Shown here: positions 27,201-42,200 of the stretch, one piece after another
How the letters are laid out: every line of letters starts with the position of its first letter
Position numbering within the stretch: position 1 is the first letter of the stretch
Assembly: GCA_964057225.1 (NCBI GenBank)
Contig: OZ059895.1
Location: 6,944,001 to 7,008,000, forward strand
DNA length: 64,000 nt
Direction of reading: 5' to 3'
Origin: Auanema rhodensis
Taxonomy: Eukaryota; Animalia; Nematoda
Program-made: the position numbers and the translations under genes
Notes under the pieces: model-generated
What the model was told of the DNA's origin: nothing
Database searches by the model: none
What the model saw: the letters and a program-made list of their open reading frames with translations, nothing else

Positions 27201-30200
27201 TGAGGTACTTTGATGATTCAACAAGGGTTACACCTGATGTTGAACTAAATTTTGGAAAGCTCGCTATATGTGAGCAACATTAATATTTCATCTCTCTGAA
27301 GATTCGGAAGCTTGTCTATCTCTTGACCGGAAATGTTTATTGTTCAGACAATCTCAGTCTAGAGTTTTGAATGTTCTTCTGAACAGGAATACGGTGCACG
27401 TGCCATTTGCCTTGGGGTATTCAACTTCATTTTTGGTTTAATTACCCAAGTTTGAGGTACTTTGATGATTCAACAAGGGTTACACCTGATGTTGAACTAA
27501 ATTTTGGAAAGCTCACTATATGTGAGCAACATTAATATTTCATCTCTCTGAAGATTCGGAAGCTTGTCTATCTCTTGACCGGAAATGTTTATTGTTCAGA
27601 CAATCTCACTCTAGAGTTTTGAATGTTCTTCTGAACAGGAATACGGTGCACGTGCCATTTGCCTTAGGGTATTCAACTTCATTTTTGGTTTAATTACCCA
27701 AGTTTGAGGTACTTTGATGATTCAACAAGGGTTACACCTGATGTTGAACTAAATTTTGGAAAGCTCACTATATGTGAGCAACATTGATATTTCATCTCTC
27801 TGAAGATTCGGAAGCTTGTCTATCTCTTTACCGGAAACTTTTATTGTTCAGACAATCTCAGTCTAGAGTTTTGAATGTTCTTCTGAACAGGAATACGGTG
27901 CACGTGCCATTTGCCTTGGGGGGTTCAACTTCATTTTTGGTTTAATTACCCAAGTTTGGGTACTTTGATGATTCAACAAGGGATACACCTGATGTTGAAC
28001 TAAATTTTGGAAAGCTCACTATATGTGAGCAACATTGATATTTCATCTCTCTGAAGATTCGGAAGCTTGTCTATCTCTTTACCGGAAACTTTTATTGTTC
28101 AGACAATCTCAGTCTAGAGTTTTGAATGTTCTTCTGAACAGGAATACGGTGCACGTGCCATTTGCCTTGGGGGGTTCAACTTCATTTTTGGTTTAATTAC
28201 CCAAGTTTGAGGTACTTTGATGATTCAACAAGGGATACACCTGATGTTGAACTAAATTTTGGAAAGCTCGCTATATGTGAGCAACATTAATATTTCATCT
28301 CTCTGAACATTCGGAAGCTTGTCTATCTCTTGACCGGAAATGGTTATTGTTCAGACAATCTCAGTCTAGAGTTTTGAATGTTCTTCTGAACAGGAATACG
28401 GTGCACGTGCCATTTGCCTTGGGGTATTCAACTTTATTTTTGGTTTAATTACCCAAGTTTGAGGTACTTTGATGATTCAACAAGGGTTACACCTGATGTT
28501 GAACTAAATTTTGGAAAGCTCACTATATGTGAGCAACATTGATATTTCATCTCTCTGAAGATTCGGAAGCTTGTCTATCTCTTGACCGGAAATGTTTATT
28601 GTTCAGACAATCTCACTCTAGAGTTTTGAATGTTCTTCTGAACAGGAATACGGTGCACGTGCCATTTGCCTTGAGGTATTCAACTTCATTTTTGGTTTAA
28701 TTACCCAAGTTTGAGGTACTTTGATGATTCAACAAGGGTTACACCTGATGTTGAACTAAATTTTGGAAAGCTCACTATATGTGAGCAACATTGATATTTC
28801 ATCTCTCTGAAGATTCGGAAGCTTGTCTATCTCTCGACCGGAAACTTTTATTGTTCAGGCAATCTCAGTCTAGAGTTTTGAATGTTCTTCTGAACAGGAA
28901 TACGGTGCACGTGCCATTTGCCTTGGGGTATTCAACTTCATTTTTGGTTTAATTACCCAAGTTTGAGGTACTTTGATGATTCAACAAGGGTTACACCTGA
29001 TGTTGAACTAAATTTTGGAAAGCTCACTATATGTGAGCAACATTGATATTTCATCTCTCTGAAGATTCGGAAGCTTGTCTATCTCTCGACCGGAAACTTT
29101 TATTGTTCAGGCAATCTCAGTCTAGAGTTTTGAATGTTCTTCTGAACAGGAATACGGTGCACGTGCCATTTGCCTTAGGGTATTCAACTTCATTTTTGGT
29201 TTAATTACCTAAGTTTGAGGTACTTTGATGATTCAACAACGGTTACACCTGATGTTGAACTAAATTTTGGAAAGCTCACTATATGTGAGCAAAATTGATA
29301 TTTCTTCTCTCTGAACATTCGGAAGCTTGTCTATCTCTTTACCGGAAACTTTTATTGTTCAGACAATCTCAGTCTAGAGTTTTGAATGTTCTTCTGAACA
29401 GGAATACGGTGCACGTGCCACTTGCCTTGGGGTATTCATCTTGATCTTTGGTTTAATTACCCAAGTTTGAGGTACTTTGATGATTCAACAAGGGTTACAC
29501 CTGATGTTGAACTAAATTTTGGAAAGCTCACTATATGTGAGCAACATTGATATTTCATCTCTCTGAAGATTCGGAAGCTTGTCTATCTCTCGACCGGAAA
29601 CTTTTATTGTTCAGGCAATCTCAGTCTAGAGTTTTGAATGTTCTTCTGAACAGGAATACGGTGCACGTGCCATTTGCCTTGGGGTATTCAACTTCATTTT
29701 TGGTTTAATTACCCAAGTTTGAGGTACTTTGATGATTCAACAAGGGTTACACCTGATGTTGAACTAAATTTTGGAAAGCTCACTATATGTGAGCAACATT
29801 GATATTTCATCTCTCTGAAGATTCGGAAGCTTGTCTATCTCTTGACCGGAAATGTTTATTGTTCAGACAATCTCAGTCTAGAGTTTTGAATGTTCTTCTG
29901 AACAGGAATACGGTGCACGTGCCATTTGCCTTGGGGTATTCAACTTCATTTTTGGTTTAATTACCCAAGTTTGAGGTACTTTGATGATTCAACAAGGGTT
30001 ACACCTGATGTTGAACTAAATTTTGGAAAGCTCACTATATGTGAGCAACATTGATATTTCATCACTCTGAAGATTCGGAAGCTTGTCTATCTCTCGACCG
30101 GAAACTTTTATTGTTCAGGCAATCTCAGTCTAGAGTTTTGAATGTTCTTCTGAACAGGAATACGGTGCACGTGCCATTTGCCTTGGGGTATTCAACTTCT

Positions 30201-33200
30201 TTTTTGGTTTAATTACCCAAGTTTGAGGTACTTTGATGATTCAACAAGGGTTACACCTGATGTTGAACTAAATTTTGGAAAGCTCACTATATGTGAGCAA
30301 CATTGATATTTCATCTGTCTGAAGATTCGGAAGCTTGTCTATCTCTTGACCGGAAATGTTTATTGTTCAGACAATCTCAGTCTAGAGTTTTGAATGTTCT
30401 TCTGAACAGGAATACGGTGCACGTGCCATTTGCCTTGGGGTATTCAACTTCATTTTTGGTTTAATTACCCAAGTTTGAGGTACTTTGATGATTCAACAAG
30501 GGTTACACCTGATGTTGAACTAAATTTTGGAAAGCTCACTATATGTGAGCAACATTGATATTTCATCTCTCTGAAGATTCGGAAGCTTGTCTATCTCTTG
30601 ACCGGAAATGTTTATTGTTCAGACAATCTCAGTCTAGAGTTTTGAATGTTCTTCTGAACAGGAATACGGTGCATGTGCCATTTGCCTTGAGGTATTCATC
30701 TTCATCTTTGGTTTAATTACCCAAGTTTGAGGTACTTTGATGATTCAACAAGGGTTACACCTGATGTTGAACTAAATTTTGGAAAGCTCACTATATGTGA
30801 GCAACATTGATATTTCATCTCTCTGAAGATTCGGAAGCTTGTCTATCTTTTGACCGGAAACTTTTATTGTTCAGACAATCTCAGTCTAGAGTTTTGAATG
30901 TTCTTCTGAACAGGAATACGGTGCACGTGCCATTTGCCTTGAGGTATTCATCTTCATCTTTGGTTTAATTACCCAAGTTTGAGGTACTTTGGTGATTCAA
31001 CAAGGGTTACACCTGATGTTGAACTAAATTTTGGAAAGCTCACTATATGTGAGCAACATTGATATTTCATCTCTCTGAAGATTCGGAAGCTTGTCTATCT
31101 TTTGACCGGAAACTTTTATTGTTCAGACAATCTCAGTCTAGAGTTTTGAATGTTCTTCTGAACAGGAATACGGTGCATGTGCCATTTGCCTTGAGGTATT
31201 CATCTTCATCTTTGGTTTAATTACCCAAGTTTGATGTACTTTGATGATTCAACAAGGGTTACACCTGATGTTGAACTAAATTTTGGAAAGCTCACTATAT
31301 GTGAGCAACATTGATATTTCATCTCTCTGAAGATTCGGAAGCTTGTCTATCTTTTGACCGGAAACTTTTATTGTTCAGACAATCTCAGTCTAGAGTTTTG
31401 AATGTTCTTCTGAACAGGAATACGGTGCATGTGCCATTTGCCTTGAGGTATTCATCTTCATCTTTGGTTTAATTACCCAAGTTTGAGGTACTTTGGTGAT
31501 TCAACAAGGGTTACACCTGATGTTGAACTAAATTTTGGAAAGCTCACTATATGTGAGCAACATTGATATTTCATCTCTCTGAAGATTCGGAAGCTTGTCT
31601 ATCTCTTGACCGGAAATGTTTATTGTTCAGACAATCTCACTCTAGAGTTTTGAATGTTCTTCTGAACAGGAATACGGTGCACGTGCCATTTGCCTTGAGG
31701 TATTCATCTTCATTTTTGGTTTAATTACCCAAGTTTGAGGTACTTTGATGATTCAACAAGGGATACACCTGATGTTGAACTAAATTTTGGAAAGCTCACT
31801 ATATGTGAGCAACATTGATATTTCATCTCTCTGAAGATTCGGAAGCTTGTCTATCTCTTGACCGGAAATGTTTATTGTTCAGACAATCTCAGTCTAGAGT
31901 TTTGAATGTTCTTCTGAACAGGAATACGGTGCACGTGCCATTTGCCTTGGGGTATTCATCTTCATCTTTGGTTTAATTACCCAAGTTTGAGGTACTTTGA
32001 TGATTCAACAAGGGATACACCTGATGTTGAACTAAATTTTGGAAAGCTCACTATATGTGAGCAACATTGATATTTCATCTCTCTGAAGATTCGGAAGCTT
32101 GTCTATCTCTTGACCGGAAATGTTTATTGTTCAGACAATCTCAGTCTAGAGTTTTGAATGTTCTTCTGAACAGGAATACGGTGCACGTGCCATTTGCCTT
32201 GAGGTATTCATCTTCATCTTTGGTTTAATTACCCAAGTTTGAGGTACTTTGATGATTCAACAAGGGATACACCTGATGTTGAACTAAATTTTGGAAAGCT
32301 CACTATATGTGAGCAACATTGATATTTCATCTCTCTGAAGATTCGGAAGCTTGTCTATCTCTTGACCGGAAATGTTTATTGTTCAGACAATCTCAGTCTA
32401 GAGTTTTGAATGTTCTTCTGAACAGGAATACGGTGCACGTGCCATTTGCCTTGGGGTATTCATCTTCATCTTTGGTTTAATTACCCAAGTTTGAGGTACT
32501 TTGATGATTCAACAAGGGATACACCTGATGTTGAACTAAATTTTGGAAAGCTCACTATATGTGAGCAACATTGATATTTCATCTCTCTGAAGATTCGGAA
32601 GCTTGTCTATCTCTTGACCGGAAACTTTTATTGTTCAGGCAATCTCAGTCTAGAGTTTTGAATGTTCTTCTGAACAGGAATACGGTGCACGTGCCATTTG
32701 CCTTGGGGTATTCAACTTCTTTTTTGGTTTAATTACCCAAGTTTGAGGTACTTTGATGATTCAACAAGGGTTACACCTGATGTTGAACTAAATTTTGGAA
32801 AGCTCACTATATGTGAGCAACATTGATATTTCATCTCTCCGAAGATTCGGAAGCTTGTCTATCTCTTGACCGGAAACTTTTATTGTTCAGACAATCTCAG
32901 TCTAGAGTTTTGAATGTTCTTCTGAACAGGAATACGGTGCACGTGCCATTTGCCTTGGGGTATTCATCTTCATCTTTGGTTTAATTACCCAAGTTTGAGG
33001 TACTTTGATGATTCAACAAGGGTTACACCTGATGTTGAACTAAATTTTGGAAAGCTCACTATATGTGAGCAACATTGATATTTCATCTCTCTGAAGATTC
33101 GGAAGCTTGTCTATCTCTTGACCGGAAATGTTTATTGTTCAGACAATCTCAGTCTAGAGTTTTGAATGTTCTTCTGAACAGGAATACGGTGCACGTGCCA

Positions 33201-36200
33201 TTTGCCTTGGGGTATTCAACTTCTTTTTTGGTTTAATTACCCAAGTTTGAGGTACTTTGATGATTCAACAAGGGTTACACCTGATGTTGAACTAAATTTT
33301 GGAAAGCTCACTATATGTGAGCAACATTGATATTTCATCTCTGAAGATTCGGAAGCTTGTCTATCTCTTGACCGGAAACTTTTATTGTTCAGACAATCTC
33401 AGTCTAGAGTTTTGAATGTTCTTCTGAACAGGAATACGGTGCACGTGCCACTTGCCTTGGGGTATTCATCTTGATCTTCGGTTTAATTACCCAAGTTTGA
33501 GGTACTTTGGTGATTCAACAAGGGTTACACCTGATGTTGAACTAAATTTTGGAAAGCTCACTATATGTGAGCAACATTGATATTTCATCTCTGAAGATTC
33601 GGAAGCTTGTCTATCTCTTGACCGGAAACTTTTATTGTTCAGACAATCTCAGTCTAGAGTTTTGAATGTTCTTCTGAACAGGAATACGGTGCACGTGCCA
33701 CTTGCCTTGGGGTATTCATCTTGATCTTCGGTTTAATTACCCAAGTTTGAGGTACTTTGATGATTCAACAAGGGTTACACCTGATGTTGAACTAAATTTT
33801 GGAAAGCTCACTATATGTGAGCAACATTGATATTTCTTCTCTCTGAACATTCGGAAGCTTGTCTATCTCTTGACCGGAAATGGTTATTGTTCAGACAATC
33901 TCAGTCTAGAGTTTTGAATGTTCTTCTGAACAGGAATACGGTGCACGTGCCATTTGCCTTGGGGTATTCAACTTCATTTTTGGTTTAATTACCCAAGTTT
34001 GAGGTACTTTGATGATTCAACAAGGGTTACACCTGATGTTGAACTAAATTTTGGAAAGCTCACTATATGTGAGCAACATTGATATTTCATCTCTCTGAAG
34101 ATTCGGAAGCTTGTCTATCTCTTGACCGGAAATGTTTATTGTTCAGACAATCTCAGTCTAGAGTTTTGAATGTTCTTCTGAACAGGAATACGGTGCATGT
34201 GCCATTTGCCTTGAGGTATTCATCTTCATCTTTGGTTTAATTACCCAAGTTTGAGGTACTTTGATGATTCAACAAGGGTTACACCTGATGTTGAACTAAA
34301 TTTTGGAAAGCTCACTATATGTGAGCAACATTGATATTTCATCTCTCTGAAGATTCGGAAGCTTGTCTATCTTTTGACCGGAAACTTTTATTGTTCAGAC
34401 AATCTCAGTCTAGAGTTTTGAATGTTCTTCTGAACAGGAATACGGTGCACGTGCCATTTGCCTTGAGGTATTCATCTTCATCTTTGGTTTAATTACCCAA
34501 GTTTGAGGTACTTTGGTGATTCAACAAGGGTTACACCTGATGTTGAACTAAATTTTGGAAAGCTCACTATATGTGAGCAACATTGATATTTCATCTCTCT
34601 GAAGATTCGGAAGCTTGTCTATCTTTTGACCGGAAACTTTTATTGTTCAGACAATCTCAGTCTAGAGTTTTGAATGTTCTTCTGAACAGGAATACGGTGC
34701 ATGTGCCATTTGCCTTGAGGTATTCATCTTCATCTTTGGTTTAATTACCCAAGTTTGATGTACTTTGATGATTCAACAAGGGTTACACCTGATGTTGAAC
34801 TAAATTTTGGAAAGCTCACTATATGTGAGCAACATTGATATTTCATCTCTCTGAAGATTCGGAAGCTTGTCTATCTTTTGACCGGAAACTTTTATTGTTC
34901 AGACAATCTCAGTCTAGAGTTTTGAATGTTCTTCTGAACAGGAATACGGTGCATGTGCCATTTGCCTTGAGGTATTCATCTTCATCTTTGGTTTAATTAC
35001 CCAAGTTTGAGGTACTTTGGTGATTCAACAAGGGTTACACCTGATGTTGAACTAAATTTTGGAAAGCTCACTATATGTGAGCAACATTGATATTTCATCT
35101 CTCTGAAGATTCGGAAGCTTGTCTATCTCTTGACCGGAAATGTTTATTGTTCAGACAATCTCACTCTAGAGTTTTGAATGTTCTTCTGAACAGGAATACG
35201 GTGCACGTGCCATTTGCCTTGAGGTATTCATCTTCATTTTTGGTTTAATTACCCAAGTTTGAGGTACTTTGATGATTCAACAAGGGATACACCTGATGTT
35301 GAACTAAATTTTGGAAAGCTCACTATATGTGAGCAACATTGATATTTCATCTCTCTGAAGATTCGGAAGCTTGTCTATCTCTTGACCGGAAATGTTTATT
35401 GTTCAGACAATCTCAGTCTAGAGTTTTGAATGTTCTTCTGAACAGGAATACGGTGCACGTGCCATTTGCCTTGGGGTATTCATCTTCATCTTTGGTTTAA
35501 TTACCCAAGTTTGAGGTACTTTGATGATTCAACAAGGGATACACCTGATGTTGAACTAAATTTTGGAAAGCTCACTATATGTGAGCAACATTGATATTTC
35601 ATCTCTCTGAAGATTCGGAAGCTTGTCTATCTCTTGACCGGAAATGTTTATTGTTCAGACAATCTCAGTCTAGAGTTTTGAATGTTCTTCTGAACAGGAA
35701 TACGGTGCACGTGCCATTTGCCTTGAGGTATTCATCTTCATCTTTGGTTTAATTACCCAAGTTTGAGGTACTTTGATGATTCAACAAGGGATACACCTGA
35801 TGTTGAACTAAATTTTGGAAAGCTCACTATATGTGAGCAACATTGATATTTCATCTCTCTGAAGATTCGGAAGCTTGTCTATCTCTTGACCGGAAATGTT
35901 TATTGTTCAGACAATCTCAGTCTAGAGTTTTGAATGTTCTTCTGAACAGGAATACGGTGCACGTGCCATTTGCCTTGGGGTATTCATCTTCATCTTTGGT
36001 TTAATTACCCAAGTTTGAGGTACTTTGATGATTCAACAAGGGATACACCTGATGTTGAACTAAATTTTGGAAAGCTCACTATATGTGAGCAACATTGATA
36101 TTTCATCTCTCTGAAGATTCGGAAGCTTGTCTATCTCTTGACCGGAAACTTTTATTGTTCAGGCAATCTCAGTCTAGAGTTTTGAATGTTCTTCTGAACA

Positions 36201-39200
36201 GGAATACGGTGCACGTGCCATTTGCCTTGGGGTATTCAACTTCTTTTTTGGTTTAATTACCCAAGTTTGAGGTACTTTGATGATTCAACAAGGGTTACAC
36301 CTGATGTTGAACTAAATTTTGGAAAGCTCACTATATGTGAGCAACATTGATATTTCATCTCTCCGAAGATTCGGAAGCTTGTCTATCTCTTGACCGGAAA
36401 CTTTTATTGTTCAGACAATCTCAGTCTAGAGTTTTGAATGTTCTTCTGAACAGGAATACGGTGCACGTGCCATTTGCCTTGGGGTATTCATCTTCATCTT
36501 TGGTTTAATTACCCAAGTTTGAGGTACTTTGATGATTCAACAAGGGTTACACCTGATGTTGAACTAAATTTTGGAAAGCTCACTATATGTGAGCAACATT
36601 GATATTTCATCTCTCTGAAGATTCGGAAGCTTGTCTATCTCTTGACCGGAAATGTTTATTGTTCAGACAATCTCAGTCTAGAGTTTTGAATGTTCTTCTG
36701 AACAGGAATACGGTGCACGTGCCATTTGCCTTGGGGTATTCAACTTCTTTTTTGGTTTAATTACCCAAGTTTGAGGTACTTTGATGATTCAACAAGGGTT
36801 ACACCTGATGTTGAACTAAATTTTGGAAAGCTCACTATATGTGAGCAACATTGATATTTCATCTCTGAAGATTCGGAAGCTTGTCTATCTCTTGACCGGA
36901 AACTTTTATTGTTCAGACAATCTCAGTCTAGAGTTTTGAATGTTCTTCTGAACAGGAATACGGTGCACGTGCCACTTGCCTTGGGGTATTCATCTTGATC
37001 TTCGGTTTAATTACCCAAGTTTGAGGTACTTTGGTGATTCAACAAGGGTTACACCTGATGTTGAACTAAATTTTGGAAAGCTCACTATATGTGAGCAACA
37101 TTGATATTTCATCTCTGAAGATTCGGAAGCTTGTCTATCTCTTGACCGGAAACTTTTATTGTTCAGACAATCTCAGTCTAGAGTTTTGAATGTTCTTCTG
37201 AACAGGAATACGGTGCACGTGCCACTTGCCTTGGGGTATTCATCTTGATCTTCGGTTTAATTACCCAAGTTTGAGGTACTTTGATGATTCAACAAGGGTT
37301 ACACCTGATGTTGAACTAAATTTTGGAAAGCTCACTATATGTGAGCAACATTGATATTTCTTCTCTCTGAACATTCGGAAGCTTGTCTATCTCTTGACCG
37401 GAAATGGTTATTGTTCAGACAATCTCAGTCTAGAGTTTTGAATGTTCTTCTGAACAGGAATACGGTGCACGTGCCATTTGCCTTGGGGTATTCAACTTCA
37501 TTTTTGGTTTAATTACCCAAGTTTGAGGTACTTTGATGATTCAACAAGGGTTACACCTGATGTTGAACTAAATTTTGGAAAGCTCACTATATGTGAGCAA
37601 CATTGATATTTCATCTCTCTGAAGATTCGGAAGCTTGTCTATCTTTTGACCGGAAACTTTTATTGTTCAGACAATCTCAGTCTAGAGTTTTGAATGTTCT
37701 TCTGAACAGGAATACGGTGCACGTGCCATTTGCCTTGAGGTATTCATCTTCATCTTTGGTTTAATTACCCAAGTTTGAGGTACTTTGGTGATTCAACAAG
37801 GGTTACACCTGATGTTGAACTAAATTTTGGAAAGCTCACTATATGTGAGCAACATTGATATTTCATCTCTCTGAAGATTCGGAAGCTTGTCTATCTCTTG
37901 ACCGGAAATGTTTATTGTTCAGACAATCTCAGTCTAGAGTTTTGAATGTTCTTCTGAACAGGAATACGGTGCACGTGCCATTTGCCTTGGGGTATTCAAC
38001 TTCATTTTTGGTTTAATTACCCAAGTTTGAGGTACTTTGATGATTCAACAAGGGATACACCTGATGTTGAACTAAATTTTGGAAAGCTCACTATATGTGA
38101 GCAACATTGATATTTCATCTCTCTGAAGATTCGGAAGCTTGTCTATCTCTTGACCGGAAACTTTTATTGTTCAGGCAATCTCAGTCTAGAGTTTTGAATG
38201 TTCTTCTGAACAGGAATACGGTGCACGTGCCATTTGCCTTGGGGTATTCAACTTCTTTTTTGGTTTAATTACCCAAGTTTGAGGTACTTTGATGATTCAA
38301 CAAGGGTTACACCTGATGTTGAACTAAATTTTGGAAAGCTCACTATATGTGAGCAACAATGATATTTCATCTCTCCGAAGATTCGGAAGCTTGTCTATCT
38401 CTTGACCGGAAACTTTTATTGTTCAGACAATCTCAGTCTAGAGTTTTGAATGTTCTTCTGAACAGGAATACGGTGCACGTGCCATTTGCCTTGGGGTATT
38501 CATCTTCATCTTTGGTTTAATTACCCAAGTTTGAGGTACTTTGATGATTCAACAAGGGTTACACCTGATGTTGAACTAAATTTTGGAAAGCTCACTATAT
38601 GTGAGCAACATTGATATTTCATCTCTCTGAAGATTCGGAAGCTTGTCTATCTCTTGACCGGAAATGTTTATTGTTCAGACAATCTCAGTCTAGAGTTTTG
38701 AATGTTCTTCTGAACAGGAATACGGTGCACGTGCCATTTGCCTTGGGGTATTCAACTTCTTTTTTGGTTTAATTGCCCAAGTTTGAGGTACTTTGATGAT
38801 TCAACAAGGGTTACACCTGATGTTGAACTAAATTTTGGAAAGCTCACTATATGTGAGCAACATTGATATTTCATCTCTGAAGATTCGGAAGCTTGTCTAT
38901 CTCTTGACCGGAAACTTTTATTGTTCAGACAATCTCAGTCTAGAGTTTTGAATGTTCTTCTGAACAGGAATACGGTGCACGTGCCATTTGCCTTGGGGTA
39001 TTCATCTTGATCTTCGGTTTAATTACCCAAGTTTGAGGTACTTTGATGATTCAACAAGGGTTACACCTGATGTTGAACTAAATTTTGGAAAGCTCACTAT
39101 ATGTGAGCAACATTGATATTTCATCTCTCTGAAGATTCGGAAGCTTGTCTATCTTTTGACCGGAAATGGTTATTGTTCAGACAATCTCAGTCTAGAGTTT

Positions 39201-42200
39201 TGAATGTTCTTCTGAACAGGAATACGGTGCACGTGCCATTTGCCTTGGGGTATTCAACTTCATTTTTGGTTTAATTACCCAAGTTTGAGGTACTTTGATG
39301 ATTCAACAAGGGTTACACCTGATGTTGAACTAAATTTTGGAAAGCTCACTATATGTGAGCAACATTGATATTTCATCTCTCTGAAGATTCGGAAGCTTGT
39401 CTATCTTTTGACCGGAAACTTTTATTGTTCAGACAATCTCAGTCTAGAGTTTTGAATGTTCTTCTGAACAGGAATACGGTGCACGTGCCATTTGCCTTGA
39501 GGTATTCATCTTCATCTTTGGTTTAATTACCCAAGTTTGAGGTACTTTGGTGATTCAACAAGGGTTACACCTGATGTTGAACTAAATTTTGGAAAGCTCA
39601 CTATATGTGAGCAACATTGATATTTCATCTCTCTGAAGATTCGGAAGCTTGTCTATCTCTTGACCGGAAATGTTTATTGTTCAGACAATCTCAGTCTAGA
39701 GTTTTGAATGTTCTTCTGAACAGGAATACGGTGCACGTGCCATTTGCCTTGGGGTATTCAACTTCATTTTTGGTTTAATTACCCAAGTTTGAGGTACTTT
39801 GATGATTCAACAAGGGATACACCTGATGTTGAACTAAATTTTGGAAAGCTCACTATATGTGAGCAACATTGATATTTCATCTCTCTGAAGATTCGGAAGC
39901 TTGTCTATCTCTTGACCGGAAACTTTTATTGTTCAGGCAATCTCAGTCTAGAGTTTTGAATGTTCTTCTGAACAGGAATACGGTGCACGTGCCATTTGCC
40001 TTGGGGTATTCAACTTCTTTTTTGGTTTAATTACCCAAGTTTGAGGTACTTTGATGATTCAACAAGGGTTACACCTGATGTTGAACTAAATTTTGGAAAG
40101 CTCACTATATGTGAGCAACAATGATATTTCATCTCTCCGAAGATTCGGAAGCTTGTCTATCTCTTGACCGGAAACTTTTATTGTTCAGACAATCTCAGTC
40201 TAGAGTTTTGAATGTTCTTCTGAACAGGAATACGGTGCACGTGCCATTTGCCTTGGGGTATTCATCTTCATCTTTGGTTTAATTACCCAAGTTTGAGGTA
40301 CTTTGATGATTCAACAAGGGTTACACCTGATGTTGAACTAAATTTTGGAAAGCTCACTATATGTGAGCAACATTGATATTTCATCTCTCTGAAGATTCGG
40401 AAGCTTGTCTATCTTTTGACCGGAAATGGTTATTGTTCAGACAATCTCAGTCTAGAGTTTTGAATGTTCTTCTGAACAGGAATACGGTGCACGTGCCATT
40501 TGCCTTGGGGTATTCAACTTCATTTTTGGTTTAATTACCCAAGTTTGAGGTACTTTGATGATTCAACAAGGGTTACACCTGATGTTGAACTAAATTTTGG
40601 AAAGCTCACTATATGTGAGCAACATTGATATTTCATCTCTCTGAAGATTCGGAAGCTTGTCTATCTTTTGACCGGAAACTTTTATTGTTCAGACAATCTC
40701 AGTCTAGAGTTTTGAATGTTCTTCTGAACAGGAATACGGTGCACGTGCCATTTGCCTTGAGGTATTCATCTTCATCTTTGGTTTAATTACCCAAGTTTGA
40801 GGTACTTTGGTGATTCAACAAGGGTTACACCTGATGTTGAACTAAATTTTGGAAAGCTCACTATATGTGAGCAACATTGATATTTCATCTCTCTGAAGAT
40901 TCGGAAGCTTGTCTATCTTTTGACCGGAAACTTTTATTGTTCAGACAATCTCAGTCTAGAGTTTTGAATGTTCTTCTGAACAGGAATACGGTGCATGTGC
41001 CATTTGCCTTGAGGTATTCATCTTCATCTTTGGTTTAATTACCCAAGTTTGATGTACTTTGATGATTCAACAAGGGTTACACCTGATGTTGAACTAAATT
41101 TTGGAAAGCTCACTATATGTGAGCAACATTGATATTTCATCTCTCTGAAGATTCGGAAGCTTGTCTATCTCTTGACCGGAAATGTTTATTGTTCAGACAA
41201 TCTCACTCTAGAGTTTTGAATGTTCTTCTGAACAGGAATACGGTGCACGTGCCATTTGCCTTGAGGTATTCATCTTCATTTTTGGTTTAATTACCCAAGT
41301 TTGAGGTACTTTGATGATTCAACAAGGGATACACCTGATGTTGAACTAAATTTTGGAAAGCTCACTATATGTGAGCAACATTGATATTTCATCTCTCTGA
41401 AGATTCGGAAGCTTGTCTATCTCTTGACCGGAAATGTTTATTGTTCAGACAATCTCAGTCTAGAGTTTTGAATGTTCTTCTGAACAGGAATACGGTGCAC
41501 GTGCCATTTGCCTTGGGGTATTCAACTTCATTTTTGGTTTAATTACCCAAGTTTGAGGTACTTTGATGATTCAACAAGGGATACACCTGATGTTGAACTA
41601 AATTTTGGAAAGCTCACTATATGTGAGCAACATTGATATTTCATCTCTCTGAAGATTCGGAAGCTTGTCTATCTCTTTACCGGAAACTTTTATTGTTCAG
41701 ACAATCTCAGTCTAGAGTTTTGAATGTTCTTCTGAACAGGAATACGGTGCACGTGCCATTTGCCTTGGGGTATTCATCTTCATATTTGGTTTAATTACCC
41801 AAGTTTGAGGTACTTTGATGATTCAACAAGGGATACACCTGATGTTGAACTAAATTTTGGAAAGCTCACTATATGTGAGCAACATTGATATTTCATCTCT
41901 CTGAAGATTCGGAAGCTTGTCTATCTCTTTACCGGAAACTTTTATTGTTCAGACAATCTCAGTCTAGAGTTTTGAATGTTCTTCTGAACAGGAATACGGT
42001 GCACGTGCCATTTGCCTTGGGGTATTCATCTTCATATTTGGTTTAATTACCCAAGTTTGAGGTACTTTGATGATTCAACAAGGGTTACACCTGATGTTGA
42101 ACTAAATTTTGGAAAGCTCACTATATGTGAGCAACATTGATATTTCATCTTTCTGAAGATTCGGAAGCTTGTCTATCTCTTTACCGGAAACTTTTATTGT

